Counted from the first letter of the stretch, positions 34,511-54,099 are shown. The stretch is 64,000 nt of DNA from the human T2T-CHM13v2.0 reference genome, Homo sapiens (GCF_009914755.1 NC_060926.1); one strand, 5' to 3'. Translations and numbers: made by a program. The notes: a model not told the origin generated them from the sequence alone.

Positions 34511-34545
<35 letters not shown>
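34251..34545 (+). mobile_element. AluS with small deletion at the arm linker
   Basis: Two arms, long A tail. Confidence 0.93.
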
Positions 34546-34547
<2 letters not shown>

Positions 34548-34824
34548 AAGGATATATGTCAAACTTTAAGCAGTGGAAAGAACTGGGGGAAGATTTAAGG
34601 TTCTTTCACTTTTCATTTTCATTGCATTTTACAAATCATTCGCAGCAGTCAAAGTATTATGAGAAAAAAAGATATTTCCATTTTGGAACTAATTAAAATT
34701 GATATAAGGTATATGCTTCTATTTTCATCAAAGTAAAAAAATTACATTAAATCCATCATGGCTGTAAATGATATAGTAAAGTAAAAGCTTTCACTTAAAT
34801 AATTTTTAGTTTAAAAATACATAC

Positions 34825-34891
34825 TTGTTTAGTATCAGCATCAATAAGATCAAAGAATGCTCGAACTGTAGTCAACTGCAATTGTTTACAC
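34825..34891 (-). CDS. PGAP1: PGAP1 exon 7 (67 nt): [22 protein letters not shown]
   Basis: cttag acceptor, gtatg donor; frame continuous. Confidence 0.93.
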
Positions 34892-35629
34892 CTAAGGAAT
34901 AAAGTAAGTGTTACAAATAAAACTTTCTTAAAACATATACTTTTGATCAAAATATGCACAATTCTATTGTTTAGTGGAACATCTGAGTTTCCTTTAGTGC
35001 TCTAAACTCAAAAATTATGTAACAAATCATTCTTATTAAGCATATATCTTAAATATGAAACCTATAAAAATAAAGCAAATTAAATCTTCCTGGATGTTTG
35101 CCAGAATTTTCAGGGTCCTTCTGTTTTCCCTGAATCCCCTCACCTAGCCTAGCCATAGATGTGCTATCTACCCCATCTTTATATGCCTGAAGTATGTCAT
35201 TCTAGCAGATACTACTGCTCGCACAGCCAGAGAAAAGTCAAAAGAGAATCTTTAAGCTGAAACACAATGAGATAAATATATTAGGGGCTGCCTATTTCTT
35301 GACCCATATGGATAAATCTAATCCCTACTTGGTTTTCCATGTGCTGCTCCCTAGAATAGTCACTGCCGGTGATTGGCCAGAAGCTCAGACAGTCCTACCA
35401 AAAGTGCAGTTGATTCCACCCAACTAGTAAAAACTCAAAAACTTTGGTATTTGATATTAGCTTCATTTGAGACTGATGCTATTGGGTTTTTGGGAGATTA
35501 TTTTACATGTTGTCAAGAGAACCTTGGTCAAACTGAAACAAGAACCAAGATGAGAGTTCCAAGCTTCTAAATTAATATTTCTCCCATAGTCTTATTTATA
35601 GATGAAGTTCTAAGAAAGTTAACAAACCA

Positions 35630-35925
35630 GGCCAGGTGTGGTGGTTCACCCCTGCAATCCCAGCACTTTGGGAGGCCAATGTGGGTGGATCACCTGAGGT
35701 CAGGAGTTTGAGACCAGCCTGGCCAGCATGGTGAAACCTCATCCCTACTAAAACTACAAAAATTAGCCGGCATGATGGCACATGCCTGTAATGCCAGCTG
35801 CTTGGGAGGCTGAGGCATGAGGATCACTTGAAGCCAGGAGGCGAGAGGTTGCAGTGAGCTGAAATTGCACCACTGTCCTCCAGCCTGGGCAACAGAGCGA
35901 GACTCTGTCTCAAAAAAAAAAAAAA
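35630..35925 (+). mobile_element. AluS
   Basis: Two arms; flanking AAAGTTAACAA repeats; about 85 bp from the exon 6 donor. Confidence 0.93.
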
Positions 35926-36010
35926 GTTAACAAGCCAATTAAATTACTGCATTGAGGAGAAAGAGGACCATGACAACTCATCAAAACAAGTTATACAAGT
36001 ATTAACTTAC

Positions 36011-36063
36011 CACACAATGGAGAGGTGGTCTGTTGAGACCCAGGTCTTAGGCACTGCTGAACT
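36011..36063 (-). CDS. PGAP1: PGAP1 exon 6 (53 nt): SSAVPKTWVSTDHLSIVW
   Basis: Long polypyrimidine tract plus ttag acceptor, gtaag donor; frame continuous. Confidence 0.93.
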
Positions 36064-37342
36064 CTAAAAGAAAAGAAAAAAATAAACTTACGAAAAGCAC
36101 ATTTGTTATTCTCTAAAAGGTATGAAATTCTTACAAGCTAATATTTAGAAACACATAATATAGTTTCACTATATTGTGAGGCCTAGACATTTTTAAATGA
36201 TATTCTTATAAAAGGTGATACAAATATATTAGAATTTTCTGTATAAATTTCTCTGTATAAAACATAACTCTTTCTAAATATCACTCCTGGTTAGTCAAGT
36301 TTAAATTACCATTTAAAAATTACTAAAGCAACCACAGACTCCTAAAGTTTAATGTCTAACTTTTTATTACTCTAATGAGAGACAAGTTTAAGATTCTTTA
36401 ATAAATCACAGTTAATGTATAAGTTACAAAAGACATTTTAGTAATTTAAATTTTGACGAAACTACCACTTGATAGATTCTAAGATGTTAACTTCTTCATC
36501 AGTGGTGTACCTAAGAAATACCTAGGCCTAAGGAGAGTTTTCAAACCAAATATGCCTAATCACAACTGCAAAACTACCAAATCTGACTTTCCCAAGCGGG
36601 GTCCAGGGTTATGTATTTTGAAAAAAAAAAAAATCCCTAGCTGACTAGGATGTATACAACTAGTAAAATATACAAGGACAAAAGGCTTCTAAAAAATATA
36701 AGTATTTGCAGAGGGCTTCCTAACAATGGCACAGCACCCTTCAAGAACTAGAGACTCCTTTTCACACCAGATAATGATCTCTCTGTGAATAGCATCTCAC
36801 ACAGAATAGGGGCTCATTAAGTAAATCTGATTTTATTTTTCATAGCATCTCTTTATGTACCATCAAAGAGACAAGGAGCTGCTATCACCAGAACTGTCAA
36901 AACAAAATGAAAATAGAAGACTAACAGCATAGATGCAAGAAAATTTACAGAGGCCTAAAATGTCTCTTTAATAAATGAACTGAAAAAATAAATATGTATA
37001 ACTTCTAAGGAATCACTAACACCCTGAACTCTATAAATAATAATGTATCTTTGGGTTCCATGTTCTGAAGTGGGAGGAATCTACAGCTTACTTGATGAAC
37101 TTGTAAGTACTTGATATATTTAGAAATTACTGCTGATAGTTTACTAAAAAAAATTAGACAACCAGAGTTCACTGTCGTTCTTAAATTACATTAATGGTCA
37201 GTAGAGTAAGAACTCTTAGTAGACAGCATTTACCATTACCAAGAATATAATGCTGGTTTACTTTCATTCAGTTTAATTAATGCATGTGTGCTAGAGTTGA
37301 AAAAGGAAAGGCAACACAAATCAAAAAGTCAGTTGCTCATGA

Positions 37343-38064
<722 letters not shown>

Positions 38065-38338
38065 AATTATGGTCTCTAACTTAAAAGATTTTCCAGTCCT
38101 AATGGATGTAAACATCATTTAACTATTCTTGAGACAATCATTCAAAAATTGTTACTGTTAATAACTTTTTAAAGGGAATATACATGTAGCTATATGAAAG
38201 ACTGGAATATCTGGAGGCTAAAAAATAAATCTTAGGTTATACAATGGCAAGCTTTGATAAAGTTCCATAAGTAAAATATCTTCATCAGAGATACAGAAAT
38301 CAGAGATAACAAGCTCCCTTGAAAGCAACACATTATCA

Positions 38339-38698
<360 letters not shown>

Positions 38699-39713
38699 CT
38701 ACACACACACAATTAAAGAGATCAAAGTTCTTTAAAAGATAAGCTTTAGGATGTGGTATCAATACAGCATCATTCTCCAGACAAGGTCCAGGAAATAAGT
38801 TACATCAAATTTCATATGACTAAATCGTCTGTGTTTACAAGGAGTTGACACTTAGTCTTTTGAGGACTTCCAACAAATATCTGACCAAAATATTCAACAC
38901 CAAATAGCAACATTCATACCTCTAATAATGAGGTTTGATAGTTTTACTAATTTAGTTCCAAAGCTATTCTGGCTACATCCCAATTCCTCTAGTTACATGA
39001 AAATGGTGGGTAATAGCAGAATAGCTTAATAATTTTTGTTCTATGTATGGCAAGCATTCAGTAAATAACCTATTTAATGAATGAACAGTAATCTAAAGTA
39101 GGACAACAATAGGTGAGATGAAAAAAGGAGTATCTATGAAGAGGTATAACTATGAAACAGTGATTTTCTAGTGTTATCTCCTAAAAAGCAAAAGGAACAG
39201 GCAGACTACATTCTATGCATCTTCTCTTTAGGAAGTAAGTTATATTTGGAGATGATGTGTATACTGAGTTAAGAAGCTAAGATCTTAACTGAAGACTTCA
39301 AGGTTAAATACACATGAAAGAAGTCCTAAAAGGAAACTTGACTCACTTTACACAGATTATGTATCCCAGTTAAAGACCAAATACTTGATGTCCTAGCAGG
39401 GAAGAATAAGTAGCAAATTAATTAATCAGGTTCTACTTATACTACTTATACTATCAAAGCTAATCATGTTGTTATAAAATTGGTAAAGTTTCATTCAAGT
39501 TTAACATTCAGAAGTATGTGATATATTTGATATTCCACTATGATTATATCTAGTACAACACTCAGATATAACTGGATTCCCCTGGATTCCAGTCCACACA
39601 TTCTTATATTCACAACTCTAATCAATGAACAGGCTCTTATTTTAGACAAGAAACCATTACTCCTCATAAATAAGGGTCATTTTCATCAAGTTTCTAAGAT
39701 CCTTTGTACTTAC

Positions 39714-40032
39714 TTTTTTTTGTTTGTTTTTGAGTCAGAGTCTTGTTCTGTCATCCAGGCTGAGGTGCAGTGATAAAATCACAGCTCACTATAACCTCGA
39801 ACTCCTGGACTCAAGTGATTCTCTTGCCTCAACCTCCTGAGTAGCTCGGACTATAGGCACTTACCACCATGCCAAATTAGCCTGGCTAATTTTAAAGATT
39901 TTTTGTATTTTGTAGAGTTGGGGGTCTCCCTATGTTGCCTAGGCTGATCTTGAACTCCTGGCCTCAAGCAGTCCTCCTGCCTTGGCCTCACAAAGCACTA
40001 GAATTATAGGCATAAGCCATGGTTCCTGGCCA
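39714..40032 (-). mobile_element. AluJ, followed by (ATTC)n/(CT)n simple repeats at about 40085-40150
   Basis: Diverged two-arm Alu. Confidence 0.88.
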
Positions 40033-40286
40033 TCCTTTTTACTCCCTATGGACATAAGCATCCACAATTCTGCCCTCCCAACACATTCATATTCATTCAT
40101 TCATTCATTCATTCATTTTCTCTCTTTCTCTCTTTCCCTCTCTCTCTTACACACATGCATGCCCACACAGCAGTCCAACACCACTAACTCAGCAGTCATT
40201 ACCATGCAGCTATATATTATTTCTTCTTTCATGCTCCACTGGGTCTATTACATTACTATTTCAATAGAATCTTAAAAAAAGATTAC

Positions 40287-40444
40287 CACAACAGATAAGG
40301 CACTGGTATGATGGCTTAATTTTGGTAGAAAAGTCAATCCTGAACGAACTTGGTAATCCCGGAATCCTCCAGCTACAGAAAGTGTGGTTAAATTTATGTG
40401 TCGAGCATTTAGAATCCAATAGTTGTTTACAGTCGTATAAAAAT
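40287..40444 (-). CDS. PGAP1: PGAP1 exon 5 (158 nt): [53 protein letters not shown]
   Basis: caccag acceptor (phase 1), gtaat donor; inside ORF 40272..40469. Confidence 0.95.
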
Positions 40445-41020
40445 CTGGTGGGGAATAAAAAAGAGACATTAAAAAACAGTAGCCATTCCCTGAAACAATA
40501 AGATATCTATACAGTAATATTAATATGTAACTGAATTTTTGCTTAAGTCATTTCATCTATAAACAGTTGAGTTATTCACATTTCCCTATTTTCAGTAAAA
40601 TCAGTATCTTTACACATATTCCTACTTCCCGATTAAATAAAAGTATAAATACTAAGAGTTACTAAAGGTATCAATTAAAAAAAAACAAATTTTACTAGCT
40701 TTGGATCCATAAGCAAACACATTTCTACATTCCACAAGGATGATGCTTATTTATGAGTCACACAGTATAGCTAAAAGAGAAAATTCTAATATTCTTCGAA
40801 AGATAAGAATTTACCATGCTAGAGTTGTAGACATTTGTGGTGTTAGTTTCATGGTATATGCACATGTTCAAACTGTATACATTAAATGTATACATTACAA
40901 ACTGTTATATATGTGCGGTATTTTATATATCAATTACCCTCAATAAAGTGGTTTAAAAAAAAAAAAAGAGCTGTAGATCCCTCCCTATGATGGCAGTATC
41001 CCAGCTTAAAAAGGCTTAGC

Positions 41021-41414
<394 letters not shown>

Positions 41415-42151
41415 TCAGGGTTAGGGTTCAACCCATTTATTGTAACAAGTACTTCAAAGGGAAGAACCTGCAGACAATTTTTCACTTTGTCTATTGAAGG
41501 TGAAAAAAGCCTAGTGTCAAAGATTAAATTGAGGCTAGGGCAGGGGATTTCTCAATTCTTTTTGTGATTATCAAAATTTAATGCATTTTTATCCTGACAT
41601 TTGATCCCACTCAGGGCTTCAAACACTGGGTACAGCAAGCTGCCCCCATTAAAGATCTCAGCAGTACTTACTTAGATTACCACCTAGCAGACTGACTCTT
41701 AACATCTGGAGAGCCTGGGATGTTAAGTACCAGTGGGGCACACATGCCATATGTCTAGATAGTTTAAAAAGTCAAAAATCCAGCTAATAACCTGTTAAAT
41801 CAAATATATTTTTTTCTGCCTATCTTTAAAAATATATCATTGAAATAACCTGGAAGGCCAGGTTCAAATTAAGAATTCTCAGACACCTCAGAGTTAGCCA
41901 CTGGATGGTGGCAGCATGGGAAGAGCAGATCTTCAGTCTCTTACTGTGCTTCTCTTCCCATCCTAATTCGATCCCGCATTGCAAGGGCCTCATGTGCACA
42001 TGCAAGCTCTGTCTGTACTTTCAGCAGCGCTATGCTTGGCCACAACTCAAGCTTAGGATTCTACATACCTGCCCTCAGGAAAACAAAGAAAATGAAGAGA
42101 CCCACACAGGTCTTAGAAGCAGGCTTAGGGCACATAGACAAGAAAAGTCTA

Positions 42152-42520
<369 letters not shown>

Positions 42521-43270
42521 TCATACTTCTCACCCTGTGGGAAAGGCTAGGGGCAGAGCAGCAGGAACCTCTAAAGTGCAGAGCCCAGTGCAGGGCCTCC
42601 TTCCTCCTATTGAAAGGCAGTATTTTCAACAAGTATAAACAGGGAATCTACTTCTGAGGTCATATGGATCTCTGTCTCTCAAAACCTTAAAATTTTCATT
42701 CTAATTTTGACTTAGTAAAATAAAAAGAATAAATATAGAATAAAAAGGAAAGACTAATTACAGGAAAGGTACAGGATTCTTGACCCTAAGAATCACTTTC
42801 AGCCTGAGCCTTATAGAGACAGAACAGTGCCACCCTCCAAAGCAATAAAACCTATTGAGGGTGCATTCCTCAAATAATTTTTAAAATATCTTTGAGTCAT
42901 TCTAATTTAATCTATACGGGTCATCTACATACACCACACAGAATGCAACAATATAAAGAGTTCTCAATTACGGTGACAAGTACTATGACTTTTAGCCTTT
43001 AATTTTTTTCCTAAACCTAAGGTCATTTAAGATTATTAGACTACAACAAATTTAAACAACTTCATTATTAAAATTAAAATGTTTCCTTATTAAAAGACTT
43101 CTACAAGCAAAGTTTTAAATGTACCAACAGAAAAACCGGGCCTCATAATAATTACTGTTGCACCAGATACTTAAGAGCAAATAAATTATTTTTTGGCAAT
43201 GCTGTTATGTTAAGATGGTTTGGAGTCACTGGGGAATATTTCTCACTTAACTACAAACAAAATTTTCATC

Positions 43271-43286
43271 AAAATTAAGATAATGC
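43271..43286 (+). repeat. L1HS target-site duplication AAAATTAAGATAATGC (second copy 49331-49346)
   Basis: Identical 16-mers flank the element; bottom-strand nick site TTTT/GA is an L1 endonuclease-type site. Confidence 0.97.
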
Positions 43287-44194
43287 GGGAGGGAGGAGCC
43301 AAGATGGCCGAATAGGAACAGCTCCGGTCTACAGCTCCCAGCGTGAGCGACGCAGAAGACGGGTGCTTTCTGCATTTCCATCTGAGGTACCAGGTTCATC
43401 TCACTAGGGAGTGCCAGACAGTGGGCGCAGGCCAGTGTGTGCGCGCACCGTGCGCGAGCCGAAGCAGGGCGAGGCATTGCCTCACCTGGGAAGCGCAAGG
43501 GGTCAGGGAGTTCCCTTTCCGAGTCAAAGAAAGGGGTGACGGACGCACCTGGAAAATCGGGTCACTCCCACCCGAATATTGCGCTTTTCAGACCAGCTTA
43601 AGAAACGGCGCACCACGAGACTATATCCCACACCTGGCTCAGAGGGTCCTACGCCCACGGAATCTCGCTGATTGCTAGCACAGCAGTCTGAGATCAAACT
43701 GCAAGGCGGCAACGAGGCTGGGGGAGGGGCGCCCGCCATAGCCCAGGCTTGCTTAGGTAAACAAAGCAGCCAGGAAGCTCGAACTGGGTGGAGCCCACCA
43801 CAGCTCAAGGAGGCCTGCCTGCCTCTGTAGGCTCCACCTCTGGGGGCAGGGCACAGACAAACAAAAAGACAGCAGTAACCTCTGCAGACTTAAGTGTCCC
43901 TGTCTGACAGCTTTGAAGAGAGCAGTGGTTCTCCCAGCACGCAGCTGGAGATCTGAGAACGGGCAGACTGCCTCCTCAAGTGGGTCCCTGACCCCTGACC
44001 CCCGAGCAGCCTAACTGGGAGGCACCCCCCAGCAGGGGCACACTGACACCTCACACGGCAGGGTATTCCAACAGACCTGCAGCTGAGGGTCCTGTCTGTT
44101 AGAAGGAAAACTAACAACCAGAAAGGACATCTACACCGAAAACCCATCTGTACATCACCATCATCAAAGACCAAAAGTAGATAAAGCCACAAAG
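43287..44194. promoter_or_regulatory. L1 5'UTR with sense internal promoter and antisense promoter (CpG-rich; YY1, RUNX3, SOX sites)
   Basis: AAGATGGCC (YY1) at 43301, TGCATTTCCATCTGAGGTA (RUNX3 site) at 43371, AAACAAA motifs near 43759 and 43859; high CpG density. Confidence 0.88.
43524..43739 (-). CDS. L1 ORF0 (71 aa antisense ORF in the 5'UTR)
   Basis: MAGAPPPASLPPCSLISDCC...RHPFL, the last 71 aa of ORF 43524..43808; GCT-ATG-G Kozak context; splice donors at ORF0 nt 106 and 191 present. Confidence 0.9.
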   Translation of the reverse strand: MAGAPPPASLPPCSLISDCCASNQRDSVGVGPSEPGVGYSLVVRRFLSWSEKRNIRVGVTRFSRCVRHPFL

Positions 44195-45211
44195 ATGGGG
44201 AAAAAACAGAACAGAAAAACTGGAAACTCTAAAACGCAGAGTGCCTCTCCTCCTCCAAAGGAACGCAGTTCCTCACCAGCAACAGAACAAAGCTGGATGG
44301 AGAATGATTTTGACGAGCTGAGAGAAGAAGGCTTCAGACGATCAAATTACTCTGAGCTACGGGAGGACATTCAAACCAAAGGCAAAGAAGTTGAAAACTT
44401 TGAAAAAAATTTAGAAGAATGTATAACTAGAATAACCAATACAGAGAAGTGCTTAAAGGAGCTGATGGAGCTGAAAACCAAGGCTCGAGAACTACGTGAA
44501 GAATGCAGAAGCCTCAGGAGCCGATGCGATCAACTGGAAGAAAGGGTATCAGCAATGGAAGATGAAATGAATGAAATGAAGCGAGAAGGGAAGTTTAGAG
44601 AAAAAAGAATAAAAAGAAATGAGCAAAGCCTCCAAGAAATATGGGTCTATGTGAAAAGACCAAATCTACGTCTGATTGGTGTACCTGAAAGAGATGTGGA
44701 GAATGGAACCAAGTTGGAAAACACTCTGCAGGATATTATCCAGGAGAACTTCCCCAATCTAGCAAGGCAGGCCAACGTTCAGATTCAGGAAATACAGAGA
44801 ACGCCACAAAGATACTCCTCGAGAAGAGCAACTCCAAGACACATAATTGTCAGATTCACCAAAGTTGAAATGAAGGAAAAAATGTTAAGGGCAGCCAGAG
44901 AGAAAGGTCGGGTTACCCTCAAAGGAAAGCCCATCAGACTAACAGCGGATCTCTCGGCAGAAACCCTACAAGCCAGAAGAGAGTGGGGGCCAATATTCAA
45001 CATTCTTAAAGAAAAGAATTTTCAACCCAGAATTTCATATCCAGCCAAACTGAGCTTCATAAGTGAAGGAGAAATAAAATACTTTATAGACAAGCAAATG
45101 CTGAGAGATTTTGTCACCACCAGGCCTGCCCTAAAAGAGCTCCTGAAGGAAGCGCTAAACATGGAAAGGAACAACCGGTACCAGCCACTGCAAAATCATG
45201 CCAAAATGTAA
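44195..45211 (+). CDS. L1 ORF1p (338 aa RNA-binding/chaperone protein)
   Basis: Full-length ORF MGKKQNRK...NHAKM; coiled coil, RRM, REKG, ARR and YPAKLS motifs intact. Confidence 0.98.
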   Translation: MGKKQNRKTGNSKTQSASPPPKERSSSPATEQSWMENDFDELREEGFRRSNYSELREDIQTKGKEVENFEKNLEECITRITNTEKCLKELMELKTKARELREECRSLRSRCDQLEERVSAMEDEMNEMKREGKFREKRIKRNEQSLQEIWVYVKRPNLRLIGVPERDVENGTKLENTLQDIIQENFPNLARQANVQIQEIQRTPQRYSSRRATPRHIIVRFTKVEMKEKMLRAAREKGRVTLKGKPIRLTADLSAETLQARREWGPIFNILKEKNFQPRISYPAKLSFISEGEIKYFIDKQMLRDFVTTRPALKELLKEALNMERNNRYQPLQNHAKM

Positions 45212-45250
45212 AGACCATCGAGACTAGGAAGAAACTGCATCAACTAATGA

Positions 45251-49102
<3,852 letters not shown>

Positions 49103-49624
49103 ACAATGAGATCACATGGACACAGGAAGGGGAATATCACACTCTGGGGACTGTGGTGGGGTCGGGGGAGGGGGGAGGGATAGCATTGGGAGATATACCT
49201 AATGCTAGATGACACATTAGTGGGTGCAGCGCACCAGCATGGCACATGTATACATATGTAACTAACCTGCACAATGTGCACATGTACCCTAAAACTTAGA
49301 GTATAATAAAAAAAAAAAAAAAAAAAAAAAAAAATTAAGATAATGCAAATTTTTATAGGTAAGAAGCTATATACATTTACTAACCAGAAAGAATTCTTTC
49401 TAAAGATTTTCATCTACTCATATAATATTCCTATAAGCAGTGAGGATAATCTCTGGCTTTTTTTAACAATAAGTTGAGATAACAGACATTTAATTCTTAT
49501 TCTGTGACGTTATCACTATTTGATTAGACGATGTCAATCACAAACTCCTACTTTTCATTCAAAATTCCTGCAAGATTATAGTATTATCTACGGTTTTATT
49601 TCCTATGTTAATGTACTTCAATTA

Positions 49625-49880
49625 AGAGGCAGTACAGCATGCAAAGGTTAAGAGCACAAGCCCAGAAGCAATTTTGCCAGGGTCAAATACTGGTTTCACT
49701 ACTTTCTTGCCACATGACTCTGGGCAAGAACGTTATCTTGGCCTTTTTCTATCCATAAACATGAGGATAATAATGGTGCCTACCTCATGGGACTGCAGTA
49801 AGGATTAAGTGTGGTAACACATCACATGAAGTCTTTAAAATCCATAACATACTAAGAGCTCAATAAATATTAGGAATTAT
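49625..49880 (+). mobile_element. MIR
   Basis: GGTTAAGAGCAC..CTGGGCAAG..GGATAATAATGGTGCCTACCTCA..GCTCAATAAAT. Confidence 0.8.
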
Positions 49881-50050
49881 ATCTCATTATATAAAGTGTT
49901 AGCATACCTTTGTACTTAAAAACTAGACATTGCTACTATCTTACTTAAATATAAGCTTATTTTGGATACAGTCCTAAAACAGTTAACAAAGCATAGGAAG
50001 TTTAAACACATCTTAAGAGACAGGGTACCATCCTCAAAAATAACTAAACT

Positions 50051-50298
<248 letters not shown>

Positions 50299-50572
50299 CT
50301 AAACGGAAGCCCTAGTGCCTAGAAATTATAAAACACATGTCAACCATGTTAAGATGCTATGGACAGACAAAACTTAACAGTAGTTTCAATTATAAGCCTA
50401 AGTTCAATAATATAAAGAGACAGACACTCAGAATTGGAGGTGCTGATTTGCAACTGAGTTGCTTCATACATGGATAAATCTGTAGCATACTCCTAGGGGA
50501 ATAGCCACAGAGATTGATTTATTTAATCTTAAATAACAATGGGGAGGTTAATGTTTATGTAACAGTACTCAC

Positions 50573-50744
50573 CTGTAATGAAACGATCTAATGGCATCAC
50601 AGGAGCAACATGAGGTGTGGCTTGTGTAATAAGAAGATTTATCAGATCATGCTTAAAATTTTTCAGTGTAAGCAATGCTCTTGCAACAAGGCCACCCATA
50701 GAATGACCAATTATTGCCACACTTTTTGGAGCAAATTCTTGACC
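50573..50744 (-). CDS. PGAP1: PGAP1 exon 4 (172 nt): [57 protein letters not shown]; catalytic Ser174
   Basis: aatag acceptor, gtgag donor; GHSMG nucleophile elbow; overlaps ORF 50529..50720. Confidence 0.96.
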
Positions 50745-51413
50745 CTATTAAAATAAATCACCAGGTCATAATTGCGGCTTTGTATCATTTTTAAAATACT
50801 AAATATTTCTCTCTGCATATGACCAATTTTATAGGAAAAAGAAAATCAAACTATTTATATAACCTCCCATCATAAGGTACAGAAATACATTTTCATATAG
50901 TTTTAATTAGTGTATACATACTATTTTGTGTTCTGCCAAACATTTTTAACAGGTATATCTTGGTTTTCTGGGCCAAGAGGAACAGTTGGTCTAGCAAATC
51001 ATGTTTATACTGTTTGTTACACTACATGTAATGTGAGGAGTAATTATATTTGGTATATACCAGATTATTAGGTTTTACAAGACATAAGAAATCGGATAAT
51101 TTGTTTGAAACTGAAAATATCACCCAAAAAAGGCCAAGAAAATTACGGTTGCGATAGCAATATATTACCTTATCATGTTGTTATCTTTTATCTCATCAAA
51201 TTATTTCTCTATTGTGCATTTTGGTTTAAAAACGAAGCAGCATTCCAAACATTTATTCACTGACAATTCCATATTTTATTTTTTAGATAAGTGCTTTTCA
51301 AAAAATCTTTTGTTTTCAACAATCTCCTCAGTCTCATTACCAAACTTTTGCTCATCATCCCCAACACAGATCCTTCCTATGTACCATCGCTTCTCAATGA
51401 ATAGACTGAATCT

Positions 51414-51750
51414 TGTGCAGAAGAGTTAACATAGGAGGCCTGAGACTGCTGTCCTTGGCATGGGCTGGATACAAGGTTGGCTCTTGGCTGGAATCTGGAA
51501 CCTTATACTTGGGGGAGATTCTCACCATTCCCTAAATGATAAGAGTGCCTAAACTGTTTGTGCAAACAACATGTTTTATGCTGAACACCTGCTGTCCTCC
51601 AGGCTGGAATTTTGGTATGTGCTAGGCAGAGGGTATCTATGTGATAAGTCCCCAGTAAAAACCATGGGCACTGAGTCTCTAATGAGCTTCCCTTGTGGAC
51701 ACTATTTCAGCCATGTCACAATATGCTGGTATAGGAATTAAGTGGATCCT
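51414..51750 (+). mobile_element. ERV LTR fragment (MER68-like)
   Basis: TGTGCAGAAGAGTTAACATAGGAGGCCTGAGACTGCT start resembles recalled MER68. Confidence 0.65.
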
Positions 51751-52029
51751 TGGTGATCTCCAATACAGACCTGATCTTAGCAAAAGCCAAACCCTACAAC
51801 TGTGCTCTGAAACCTATCCCCTTTGACCTTCGCAAGTACCTCACTCTAGCAATCCTTCTCATTTTCTTCTTGCATTATTGCTTTTCCCTATCAACTAGAT
51901 CACTTTCATTAGTGTATAAATATACTGGCATTCTCTCTTAAAAATAAAAATAACTCCCTTTTAATTCTCACTTTCCCCTTAGTGACTACTTTACATTTCT
52001 TTACAGCAAAACTCTAAAAGCAAGTTGCA

Positions 52030-52385
<356 letters not shown>

Positions 52386-52494
52386 TCAACTTCCATACAC
52401 TCTTAAATCCATTTCAATCAGACTTTCACCCCAACATGCCACCAAAACTGCTCTTGCTAAATCACCAAGGAATCCAATAGTCAATTCTTAATTC

Positions 52495-52713
52495 TTTTTT
52501 TTTTTTTTTTCTGAGACAGGGTCTCACTCTGTCACCCAGGCTGGAGTGCAGTGGCACGATTCATGGCTCACTGCAGCCCCAATCTCCTAGGCTCCGAGTA
52601 GATCCTCCTACCTCAGCCTCCCAAGTAGCTGGGACTACAAGTGTGCACCACCACATCCAGCTAATATATATATTTTTTTGTAGACACAGGGTCTCACTAT
52701 GTTGCCTAGGCTA
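52495..52713 (-). mobile_element. AluJ, partial
   Basis: Poly-T, right arm and part of left arm; flanking GTCAATT repeats. Confidence 0.88.
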
Positions 52714-54099
52714 CAATGGTCAATTATTAATCCTCATCTTATTTGACCTATCAGTAACATTTGACACAGTTGATAACTTACTTCTTCCTTCTTTGAAATA
52801 TTTAAGTTAGTTTCTTTGACAACAAACTCTCCTGGTTCTCCCTTTGCCTCACTGGCTCCTCTTTTTTAGTTTCTGTTTCTGGTTCCTTCTCATCTCTCCT
52901 CATTTCTTAAAACTTAGGTGACTCAGGTCTCCGCCCTTAGATCACTGCTCTTTCATATCTTTGCTGAAACCATCAGTGATCTCTTCCTGTCTAGTGGCTT
53001 TAAGTATATCTACACACTGTCAACCTCTCAGTAATTATCTCGAGACTGTACTCCTTCTCTTGAACTCTAGCCTTGAACTCCACCTGTACAGTAGCATACA
53101 TGGAATGCCTAATGTGCATCTCAAACTGGATCTATCTAAAACTAAACTCTTAATCTCCTCCATATCTGTTCCTCCTGTATTCTTCCCTACCTCAGTTAAT
53201 GGCAGTTCAATCTTTCCAGTTGTTTAGCCAAAAATCTTGGGGTCATCCTTAACTGTTCTTTTCCTCTCACTTTGCCCTTCCATATCTGATCTGCCAGCAA
53301 ATTTACTGCCTCAACCTTTAAGATTTACACTGATCTGACAATTTCTCATCACTTCAACTGCCACCACCTTGATTTAAACCACCACTATGTCTTGAACACA
53401 CTCTACCACTTCCTCCTTAGCATGCCACTGTTTTATAGCTACTTTCCCTGTGCAGCATGGCATTCAAAGATTGAAAAACATACATTTTTAGAGCCCCTTT
53501 CTTTGCCTCACTCTCTTCTTTCTCATACCATGTCGCATTTAGCTGCTTCAGCAGCCCCCAATTCCAATTCTCTGCTTTCTTTAGCTAAGTGATATCAATG
53601 TACCTCCCCTTACTTGCCCCATAGTCTGGAAAACGCTTCCGGGCAGAAATCCAGAGCAATCATGGAGCTTACTTCTTCCAGGGATCATAGTCCTTTGCTG
53701 CTCTGTTGTCCAACATCTCAAAACAGGTGCTTCACATATCTTGACCAGTTTTACAGTTGTTTACATATGCAGGTGTTCTATCCTAGTACCAGTTACTTAG
53801 TCATAGCTAGAGGTAGAAATCTATACCAATGGTTTTTAGGTAATGCATTTTACTCCTAATTTATATATAAAGTTTTAAAAAGTTTTTCTTCCTGAATTCA
53901 CCATAAGAAATGTTTCTTATAAATTTAAACTTCAAAACCATTACGGAGGCCAAGACAACAGACTCTCACAAAAAAAATTTGTGCCTTCTCTGCTTCAACT
54001 TCCATATAAACAAATACATGATTTAAAGTATACTGAATCCCTTTTTTAAAAAGGTGCCGATAGGTTGCACCACTATTGATTTGCATACTTATCTCTCAC

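Noticed and set aside
43287-43291. Extra GGGA at the L1 5' end as a 5' transduction
   Set aside because: Only a few purines differ from the usual G-run start, within normal L1 5'-end variability.
43524-43808. 94-aa minus-strand ORF as an N-terminally extended ORF0
   Set aside because: The track start is a non-ATG codon; the first ATG is at 43739 and gives the standard 71-aa ORF0.
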